Under the pieces are notes generated by a model. It had not been told where the DNA came from and did not search any database. It was given only the letters and a program-made list of their open reading frames with translations. The position numbers were made by a program, and so were the translations under genes. 64,000 nt of DNA from Chloroflexota bacterium (GTDB lineage Bacteria; Chloroflexota; Limnocylindria; P2-11E): the NCBI GenBank assembly GCA_016194865.1, contig JACQAT010000005.1, positions 12,358 to 76,357 on the forward strand, given 5' to 3'. This document shows, piece by piece, positions 54,783 to 64,000 of this stretch (position 1 is the stretch's first letter; every line of letters begins with the position of its first letter).

Positions 54783-54866
54783 GTGTGACTAGACCGCTCT
54801 CTGCTGACGCCGCTTTCACGTGCGTCCCCGGACGATTCTCCGCTGTTGCTCGCCAGTTGACGTAAA

Positions 54867-55268
54867 GTGGCGGAGATGTCGGTCACCGCGGGGAGCTACC
54901 GCATCGGCGAGATCGCCGCGCGTCTCGGCCTGACGGAGCGGACCATCCGCTATTACGAGGAGGTCGGCCTCCTCGAAAGCGTGAAGCGCCTCGAGGGCGG
55001 CACGCGGGTTTACACCGAGGACGACGTCCGGCGGCTCCGTTTCATCCAGAAGCTCAAGACGCTCGGCCTGTCGCTCCAGGAGATGCTCGAGCTCGAACGG
55101 CTCTACGCGGCGCAGAACTCCAACCGGAACGTGCTGCCGCGGCTCGTGGAGCTGCTCGACGCGCATCTCGGTCAGATCGACGAGCGCGTCGGCGAGCTGC
55201 AGGCGCTGCGCGATGAGATCCGCTCCTATCGCGAGCACGTGACGCAGCTGTTGCTGGAGGAAAGATGA
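54867..55268 (+). CDS. MerR family transcriptional regulator
   Basis: YRIGEIA..LGLTERTIRYYEEVGLL, R.Y...D, LGLSLQE. Confidence 0.93.
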   Translation: MAEMSVTAGSYRIGEIAARLGLTERTIRYYEEVGLLESVKRLEGGTRVYTEDDVRRLRFIQKLKTLGLSLQEMLELERLYAAQNSNRNVLPRLVELLDAHLGQIDERVGELQALRDEIRSYREHVTQLLLEER

Positions 55269-56440
55269 CGGACGTTGTCATCCTCGGCGCCTCGCGGACG
55301 CCGATCGGCGCGTTCCTCGGCGGGCTCGCGCCGCTCAGCGCGCCGCAGCTCGGCGCGATCGCGATCCGCTGCGCGCTCGAGCGCGCGCACGTGCGCGCGG
55401 ACCAGGTCGACGAGGTCTTCATGGGCAACGTGGTGCAGGCGGGTGTCGGCCAGGCGCCCGCGCGGCAGGCGGCGCTCGGTGCGGGGCTGCCCGTGTCCGT
55501 GCCCTGCACGACGGTGAACAAGGTGTGCGGCTCCGGGCTGAAGTCCGTGATGCTCGCGAGCTCGCAGATCAAGGCGGGCGAGGCCGCGTGCGTGGTCGCG
55601 GGCGGCATGGAAAGCATGTCGAACGCGCCCTACCTGCTGAAGGGCGCCCGTCAGGGGCTCCCGCTGGGCCAGCACTCGATCAAGGACGCGAACCTGATCG
55701 ACGGGCTCGTCGATGCGTACGGCGGCGGCCACATGGGCCTCGGCGGCGAGAAGGCCGCGGAATGCTGCTCGCTCACGCGCGAGGATCAGGACTTGTTCGC
55801 TGTCGCGTCATATGAGAAGGCGCTGCGCGCGCAGGCGAGCGGCGCGTTCGCCGCGGAGCTCGTGCCGGTCGAGGTCCCCGGACGAAAGGGCGCGGTCACG
55901 GTGATCGACCGCGACGAGACGCCGCGCGAGACGACGCTCGACGCGCTCGCGAACCTCCGGCCGGCGTTCAAGGAGGGCGGCACGGTCACCGCGGGCAACG
56001 CGTCGAAGCTCAACGACGGCGCCGCCGCGCTGGTGGTCGCCTCCGCCGAGCGCGCGACGCAGCTCGGCGCGGCGCCGCTCGCGCGGCTGGTCGCGCAGGG
56101 GCAGTTCGCGCGCGAGCCGGAGCTGTTCCTGCTCGCGCCGTCGGGCGCGATCGCGAAGGTCCTTGAGAAGGCCGGCTGGACCGTCGGCGACGTCGACCTG
56201 TTCGAGGTGAACGAGGCGTTCTCCGGTATCGAGGGCGTCCGTCGGGAGCTCGGCATCCCCGAGGACCGCTTCAACGTGAACGGCGGCGCCGTCGCTCTTG
56301 GTCACCCCATCGGCGCGTCCGGCGCCCGTTTGCTCGTGACGCTGCTCTACGCGCTGCGCGCGCGCGGCAAGCGGCGCGGCGTGACCTCGCTCTGCCTCGG
56401 CGGCGGCGAGGCGGTCGCGCTCGCGATCGAGGCCGCGTGA
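55265..56440 (+). CDS. Acetyl-CoA C-acetyltransferase (thiolase)
   Basis: NKVCGSG, NEAF, GHPIGASG, CLGGG. Confidence 0.95.
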   Translation: MTDVVILGASRTPIGAFLGGLAPLSAPQLGAIAIRCALERAHVRADQVDEVFMGNVVQAGVGQAPARQAALGAGLPVSVPCTTVNKVCGSGLKSVMLASSQIKAGEAACVVAGGMESMSNAPYLLKGARQGLPLGQHSIKDANLIDGLVDAYGGGHMGLGGEKAAECCSLTREDQDLFAVASYEKALRAQASGAFAAELVPVEVPGRKGAVTVIDRDETPRETTLDALANLRPAFKEGGTVTAGNASKLNDGAAALVVASAERATQLGAAPLARLVAQGQFAREPELFLLAPSGAIAKVLEKAGWTVGDVDLFEVNEAFSGIEGVRRELGIPEDRFNVNGGAVALGHPIGASGARLLVTLLYALRARGKRRGVTSLCLGGGEAVALAIEAA

Positions 56441-57282
56441 GCGGCGAGCTCGGCGTCGTCGGCGCGGGCACGATGGGGGCGGGCATCGCGCAGGTCTGCG
56501 CGACGGCGGGCCTCCAGGTGCTGCTCGTCGACGTGGGGCTCGAGCAGCTGCGGCGCGGCCAGGCCGCGATCGGCGCGTCGCTGGCGAAGCTCGAGGAGAA
56601 GAAGAGGCTTCCGCGGCCGGCGTCCGAGATCGCGGGTCGCATCCGCACCTCCGTCGACATCGCGGATCTCTCTCGCGTCGAGCTCGTGATCGAGGCGGCC
56701 TTCGAGGACCAGGCCGTGAAGGCCGAGCTCTTCCGCAGGCTCGATCTGGCCTGCGCGCCGGCGACGATCCTCGCCTCGAACACGTCGTCGATCCCGATCA
56801 CCAGGCTGGGCGGCGCGACGAAGCGACCCGACAAGGTCGTCGGGATGCACTTCATGAATCCGGTCCCCCTCATGACGCTCGTCGAGGTCGTGCGCGGCCT
56901 GCGGACCGCGGACGAGACGGTGGCGGCGGTGAAGGACCTGGCCGCGAAGCTGGGGAAGACGGCCGTGGAGTCGAAGGATGTGCCCGGGTTCATCGCGAAT
57001 CGCGTGCTGATGCCGATGATCAACGAAGCGGTCTTCGCGCTCTCCGAGGGTGTCGGCACCGCGAATGACATTGACACCGTGATGCGGCTCGGGATGAACC
57101 ACCCGTTGGGGCCGCTCGCGCTCGCCGACCTCATCGGGCTCGACGTCTGCCTCGCCATCCTCGAGGTCATGCAGCGCGATCTCGGCGACCCGAAGTACCG
57201 GCCCGCCCCGCTGCTGCGCTCGTACGTGCAGGCCGGCTGGCTCGGCAGGAAGACCGGTCGCGGATTCCACAGCTATGCGTGA
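56437..57282 (+). CDS. 3-hydroxybutyryl-CoA dehydrogenase
   Basis: GAGTMGAGIA, ASNTSS, GMHFMNP, PGFIANR, LGRKTGRGF. Confidence 0.93.
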   Translation: MSGELGVVGAGTMGAGIAQVCATAGLQVLLVDVGLEQLRRGQAAIGASLAKLEEKKRLPRPASEIAGRIRTSVDIADLSRVELVIEAAFEDQAVKAELFRRLDLACAPATILASNTSSIPITRLGGATKRPDKVVGMHFMNPVPLMTLVEVVRGLRTADETVAAVKDLAAKLGKTAVESKDVPGFIANRVLMPMINEAVFALSEGVGTANDIDTVMRLGMNHPLGPLALADLIGLDVCLAILEVMQRDLGDPKYRPAPLLRSYVQAGWLGRKTGRGFHSYA

Positions 57283-57288
57283 CGCCCG

Positions 57289-58479
57289 ATGACCGCCACG
57301 ACGGCCGGAACGACCGAGGTCGGCGGCTTCGAGCTGGAGCTCAGCGAGGAGCAGGCGCTCGTCCAGAGGACGGCGCGCGAGTTCGCGACGACGAGGGTGC
57401 TCCCGCTCGCCGCGGCGATCGATCGCGACGCGGCGATCCCGAAGGAGCTGCTGCGCGAGCTCGCCTCTCTCGGCTTCATGGGCGTGTGCGCGCCGCAGGA
57501 GTGGGGTGGCAGCGGGCTCGACGCCGTTTCACTCGTGCTCGCGCTCGAGGAGATCTTTCGCGCCTGCGCGTCGACGGGCGTCGTGATGACCGTGAACAAC
57601 TCGCTCGTCTGCGATCCGCTGCTGCGCTACGGCAGCGACGCGCAGAAGGAGCGCTTCCTGAAACCGCTCGCGAAGGGCGAGCTGCTCGGCTGCTTCGCGC
57701 TCTCGGAGCCGGCGGCCGGAAGCGACGCGGCAGCGATGCGCACCACGGCGACGCGCGACGGCGCGGGCTGGGTGCTGAACGGCACGAAGAACTTCATCAC
57801 GAACGGCGCGTCGGCCGACGTCGCGATCGTGTTCGCGCAGACCGACGCCGAGAAGAAGCACAAGGGCATCGCCGCGTTCGTCGTCGACAAGCACGGCGCG
57901 GGCATCACCGTCGGCAAGAAGGAGCACAAGCTCGGCATCCGCGGGTCCGACACCACCCAGCTTGCCTTCGACGGCTGCCGCGTCGGCGCCGACGCGCTGC
58001 TCGGCGAGGTGGGGCAGGGGTTCCGCATCGCGCTCTCGACGCTCGATGGCGGACGGATCGGCATCGCCGCCCAGGCGGTGGGCATCGCGCGCGCGTGCCT
58101 CGAGGACTCCGTCGCGTACGCGAAGGAGCGCGAGGCCTTCGGCCAGAAGATCGCCGATCTGCAGGCGATCCAGTGGAAGCTCGCGGACATGGCGACGGAG
58201 ACCGACGCCGCGCGGCTGCTGACCTGGCGCGCGGCCGCGCTCAAGGCGAGCGGCGCGCCGTATGAGGCGGAGGCCGCGATGGCCAAGCTGTTCGCGTCCG
58301 ACGTCGCCGTTCGCGCATCGCGCGAGTGCGTCCAGGTCTTCGGTGGGTACGGGTATCTCGCGGACTTCCCCGCGGAGCGTCACTACCGCGATGCGAAGAT
58401 CACCGAGCTCTACGAGGGCACGAGCGAGATCATGAAGCTCGTCATCGCCGACGACCTGTTCGGGAAGGACCGAGCGTGA
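57289..58479 (+). CDS. Short-chain acyl-CoA dehydrogenase
   Basis: FALSEPAAGSD, NGTKNFITN, GGRIGIAAQ, GGYGY, YEGTSEI. Confidence 0.93.
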   Translation: MTATTAGTTEVGGFELELSEEQALVQRTAREFATTRVLPLAAAIDRDAAIPKELLRELASLGFMGVCAPQEWGGSGLDAVSLVLALEEIFRACASTGVVMTVNNSLVCDPLLRYGSDAQKERFLKPLAKGELLGCFALSEPAAGSDAAAMRTTATRDGAGWVLNGTKNFITNGASADVAIVFAQTDAEKKHKGIAAFVVDKHGAGITVGKKEHKLGIRGSDTTQLAFDGCRVGADALLGEVGQGFRIALSTLDGGRIGIAAQAVGIARACLEDSVAYAKEREAFGQKIADLQAIQWKLADMATETDAARLLTWRAAALKASGAPYEAEAAMAKLFASDVAVRASRECVQVFGGYGYLADFPAERHYRDAKITELYEGTSEIMKLVIADDLFGKDRA

Positions 58480-60476
58480 CCGCGCCGACGAGCGGCGCGG
58501 GATCCATCGTGCTCGCCGTGGTCGCGCTCATCGGCTTCGGCGCCTTCGCGTACCGCGCGCTGCGCCTGTACCGGTACCTTCGGCTCGGCAAGGCCGACCC
58601 CGAGCGCACGGGCCAGCAGGGCCGGCGCCTCCGCGACGAGCTCGTCATCTACCTCGGTCAGCGCAAGCTGTTCAAGCGTCCATACCTCGTGCGCGGCATC
58701 GCGCACGCGCTCATCTTCTGGGGCTTCCTCGTCATCACGGTCGGCACCGTCGATCTCCTCGCGAGCGGCATCGGCCGATTCCACATCCCCTTCAGCGACA
58801 GCGCGCTGTTCGCGTGGTCGGTCGACGTCTTCGCGGTCCTCGTGCTCGCCTCCATCGCGCTGGCCGCGATCCGCCGAGCGTTCTTCAGGCCGCCGCGCAT
58901 GCACGTCGCGCTCGACGGCTACGTGATCCTCGGGCTCATCACGGTCCTGATGCTCTCGCTTCTCACGTTCGAGGCCGCGGGGACCGCCGCGCGGCTCGTC
59001 GAGAAGGGCGTGACGCCGCCACCGCTTGCCGGGCTGCTCGTGCCTCTCGTGGAGGGGCCGTTCGCCGCGTCACTGTTCACCGGCGCGTGGTGGGTGCACG
59101 TCGTCACGGTGCTCGCGTTCGCCGCGTACCTCCCGCAGTCGAAGCATCTGCACATCGTCACGACGCTGCCGAACGTGTACTTCCGCACGACCCGCCCGCG
59201 AGGGGCGCTGAAGCTCATCGCGGACATCGAGGAGCAGGAGTCGTTCGGCGCGGCGACGCTGCGCGACCTCACCTGGAAGCAGCATCTCGACGGCTACACC
59301 TGCACCGAATGCGGGCGCTGCTCCGACAACTGCCCCGCGGCAGCGACCGGCAAGCCGCTCGACCCGCAGAGGATCGTCCTCGACCTTCGCGACCTGCTGC
59401 TGCGCGAAGGCGACGCGCTGCTCGCGTCCGCGGAGGCGACGGGCACGGCGCCGGCGCACCAGAGCGAGACGAAGCCCGAGGAGCTCTGGGCCTGCACCAC
59501 CTGCGCGGCGTGCGTCGAGGCGTGCCCGGTGACCATCGAGCACATCGACAAGATCGTCGACATGCGCCGCTACCTCACGATGATGGAGTCGGCGGCGCCG
59601 CCCGAGGCCCAGAAGGCGCTCGCGAACATCGAGCGTGCCGGCAATCCGTGGGGCGAGGCGCGCGAGGCCCGTGGCGATTGGGCTGAGGGCCTGAGCGTCC
59701 CGACGATCGCCGAGAAGCCCGATGCGGAGTACCTGTACTTCGTCGGCTGCGCCGCGTCCTACGACCGCCGCAACCAGCGCGTCGCGAAGGCGCTCGCGCG
59801 CATCCTCGATGCGGCCGGCCTCTCGTTCGCGATCCTCGGCCGCGAGGAGACCTGCAACGGCGATCCCGCTCGCCGCATCGGCAACGAGTACCTCTGGCAG
59901 CAGCAGGCGCAGGCGAACCTCGACACGTTCGCGAAGCACAAGGTGCGCAAGGTCATCACCAGCTGCCCGCACTGCTTCAACACGATCGCCAACGAGTACC
60001 CGCAGCTCGGCGGGAAGTACGAGGTCATCCACGCGCTCCCGCTCGTCGAGCGGCTCATCGCCGAAGGGAAGATCACTGTTGTCGGCGGAGCCGAACAGGC
60101 GACGGTCGCGTATCACGACCCCTGTTACCTCGGCCGGCACAACAAGATCTACGACCAGCCGCGCAACGTGCTCGACGCGCTGCCCGATGTCCGGCGTGTA
60201 GAGATCGAGCCGCATTGCCGCGAGCGCGGGTTCTGCTGCGGCGCGGGCGGCGGCCGCATGTGGATGGAAGAGAAGGTCGGCCAGCGCGTGAACCACAAGC
60301 GCGTCGACCAGCTGCTCGCGATCGAGCAGAAGGCGTCGTCGGTGGCGTCCGGCTGCCCCTTCTGTCTGATCATGCTCGAGGAGGGCGTGGGGGCGAAGGG
60401 CGTGCAGGACGACGTCAAGCCCGTGGATGTGCTCGAGCTCGTCGCGGCCAGACTGAGTGATGGAGGGCGCGCGTGA
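58476..60476 (+). CDS. Membrane-bound Fe-S oxidoreductase (FadF/HdrD-like)
   Basis: TM region with SKHLH, CTECGRC...CP, CTTCAACVEACP, and CCG-type domains (YHDPCYLGR, CCGAGG). GTGA overlap start. Confidence 0.9.
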   Translation: MTAPTSGAGSIVLAVVALIGFGAFAYRALRLYRYLRLGKADPERTGQQGRRLRDELVIYLGQRKLFKRPYLVRGIAHALIFWGFLVITVGTVDLLASGIGRFHIPFSDSALFAWSVDVFAVLVLASIALAAIRRAFFRPPRMHVALDGYVILGLITVLMLSLLTFEAAGTAARLVEKGVTPPPLAGLLVPLVEGPFAASLFTGAWWVHVVTVLAFAAYLPQSKHLHIVTTLPNVYFRTTRPRGALKLIADIEEQESFGAATLRDLTWKQHLDGYTCTECGRCSDNCPAAATGKPLDPQRIVLDLRDLLLREGDALLASAEATGTAPAHQSETKPEELWACTTCAACVEACPVTIEHIDKIVDMRRYLTMMESAAPPEAQKALANIERAGNPWGEAREARGDWAEGLSVPTIAEKPDAEYLYFVGCAASYDRRNQRVAKALARILDAAGLSFAILGREETCNGDPARRIGNEYLWQQQAQANLDTFAKHKVRKVITSCPHCFNTIANEYPQLGGKYEVIHALPLVERLIAEGKITVVGGAEQATVAYHDPCYLGRHNKIYDQPRNVLDALPDVRRVEIEPHCRERGFCCGAGGGRMWMEEKVGQRVNHKRVDQLLAIEQKASSVASGCPFCLIMLEEGVGAKGVQDDVKPVDVLELVAARLSDGGRA

Positions 60477-61237
60477 AGATCCTGATCTGCCTGAAGCAGG
60501 TGCCCGACTCGACGGTGCGCGTGAAGGTCGCGCCCGGCGGGAAGGACATCGTGACCGAGGGGATGACCTGGGCGATCTCGCCGTACGACGAGTACGCGAT
60601 CGAGCTCGCGCTCGAGGTGAAGGACGGTGACCCCACGACGACGGTCTCCGTCGTGAGCGTCGGGCCCGCCCGCGCGCGCGACGCGCTGCGCCAGGCGCTC
60701 GCCATGGGCTGCGACGACGCGTCGCTGGTCGTGGGCGAGGCGAGCGGCCTCGGCCTCTCGCGCGCGCTCGCGAAGGTCGTGATGGAGGCGAAGCCCGACG
60801 TCGTGCTCTGCGGCAAGCAGGCCTCCGACGACGACCAGGGCTTCATCGGTCCCGCGCTCGCGGAGGCACTCTCGTGGCCGCATGTCCCGTTCGTCACGAA
60901 GCTCGCGGGCGCGAGCGGCGCGGTCGAGGCGTGGCGTGAGACCGAGGGTGGCCACGAGGTGTGGAAGGCGAGCGCACCGGTCGTGCTGACCGTGCAGAAG
61001 AGCGCGAAGGAGCCGCGCTACCCGTCGCTGCCCGGGATCATGAAGGCGAAGAAGAAGGAGATCCCGGAGCGCGAGATCGTTTCGCTCAACGTGGACACCA
61101 GTGGACAGACGCTCGAGATCGCCTCTCTCGAGCCGCCGCCCGTGCGCGGTGGCGGCAAGATGCTGAAGGACGGCGACATGGCGGCCATCGCGGCGGACCT
61201 GGTACGTCTCCTGCGTGAGGAGGCGAAGGTCCTGTGA
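60473..61237 (+). CDS. etfB: Electron transfer flavoprotein beta subunit
   Basis: [33 protein letters not shown]. Confidence 0.93.
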   Translation: MKILICLKQVPDSTVRVKVAPGGKDIVTEGMTWAISPYDEYAIELALEVKDGDPTTTVSVVSVGPARARDALRQALAMGCDDASLVVGEASGLGLSRALAKVVMEAKPDVVLCGKQASDDDQGFIGPALAEALSWPHVPFVTKLAGASGAVEAWRETEGGHEVWKASAPVVLTVQKSAKEPRYPSLPGIMKAKKKEIPEREIVSLNVDTSGQTLEIASLEPPPVRGGGKMLKDGDMAAIAADLVRLLREEAKVL

Positions 61238-62109
61238 AGACGTTGATCGTCGCCGAGCGCAAGGACGGCAAGCTGCGGCGCGTCACGCTCGAGCTCGCGG
61301 CGTGGGCCGCGGGCAAGGGCGAGGTCGAGGTCGTGGAGCTGACGGGTGAGCGCTTCTCCCCCGGCGCGGCGGCACAGGCGCTTGCGGCGCGGGCCGAGGG
61401 CGCGCAGCTCGTCCTGGCAGGCGCGACGGCGTTCGGCCGCGACACGGGAGCGCGGCTCGCGGCGAAGCTCGGGCGCGCGTACATCTCGGAAGCCATGGCG
61501 CTCGACGTCGCCGACGCGGTCACCGCGCAGCGCTCGGCGTATGCGGGCAAGGTCCGCGCGACGGTCCGCGCTCCGCTCCCCGCGGTCGTGAGCGTCCGGC
61601 CGAATACCTTCCCGCTGCCCGCCGGCGCGAAGGAGCCGAGCGTGACCGCGATCGCGGTCGGCGCGGAGCCGGGCCTGACCTTCGAGCGCTTCGAGGCCAT
61701 CCCCGACTCGGGCACGGGCCGCGTCTCGCTCGCGGAGGCCCGCGTCATCGTGTCGGCCGGGCGCGGATTGAAGGCGCCGGAGAACTGGAAGCTCGTCGAA
61801 GAGCTCGCGGACGTCCTCGGCGCCGCGACCGCCGCGTCGCGCGCGGTGACCGATGCGGGCTGGCGCCCGAACGAGGAGCAGGTCGGACAGACGGGGAAGA
61901 CCGTCGCGCCGGACCTCTACATCGCGCTCGGCATCTCCGGCGCGATCCAGCACCTCGCGGGCATGACCTCGAGCAAGGTCATCGTGGCGGTCAACAGGGA
62001 TCCAGACGCCGACATCTTCAAGGTCTGCGATTACGGCATCGTCGGCGATCTCTTCGAGTTCGTGCCAAGGTTCACCGAAGCGGTCAAGACCGTGAAGGCG
62101 CAGGGCTGA
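61234..62109 (+). CDS. etfA: Electron transfer flavoprotein alpha subunit
   Basis: [33 protein letters not shown]. Confidence 0.93.
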   Translation: MKTLIVAERKDGKLRRVTLELAAWAAGKGEVEVVELTGERFSPGAAAQALAARAEGAQLVLAGATAFGRDTGARLAAKLGRAYISEAMALDVADAVTAQRSAYAGKVRATVRAPLPAVVSVRPNTFPLPAGAKEPSVTAIAVGAEPGLTFERFEAIPDSGTGRVSLAEARVIVSAGRGLKAPENWKLVEELADVLGAATAASRAVTDAGWRPNEEQVGQTGKTVAPDLYIALGISGAIQHLAGMTSSKVIVAVNRDPDADIFKVCDYGIVGDLFEFVPRFTEAVKTVKAQG

Positions 62110-62113
62110 GTCT

Positions 62114-64000
<1,887 letters not shown>

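Overview
This is a very GC-rich, gene-dense bacterial chromosome segment. Gene content and leaderless-type promoters suggest Chloroflexota (Ellin6529/Limnocylindria-like), which is an inference. The core genes are tig, clpP, clpX, valS, mgsA, serA, rpe and tRNA-Leu. The window also holds a phosphorelay (sensor kinase, Hpt, two receivers), two ABC transporter loci, a GAF/HD-GYP/GGDEF protein, an fhaA-fhaB-rodA-pbpA cluster, a MoxR-DUF58-transglutaminase trio, and a MerR-led short-chain acyl-CoA cluster that ends in a partial isobutyryl-CoA-mutase-type gene. The best candidate for a new system is a three-gene cassette at 43.4-45.7 kb: a repetitive Lys/Asp-rich protein followed by a degenerate and an intact ATP-grasp ligase, which looks like an atypical graspetide/RiPP or protein cross-linking system. 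Other notable signals are a probable UXX* selenoprotein glutaredoxin, a 57-bp palindrome inserted in frame in valS, a dispersed palindromic repeat family, a two-gene islet with tandem six-cysteine repeats next to a tRNA remnant, three genes lacking canonical start codons, and overlapping bidirectional leaderless promoters. No CRISPR array, rRNA, transposase or integrase was seen. All calls come from motif recognition by eye and no database searches were run.
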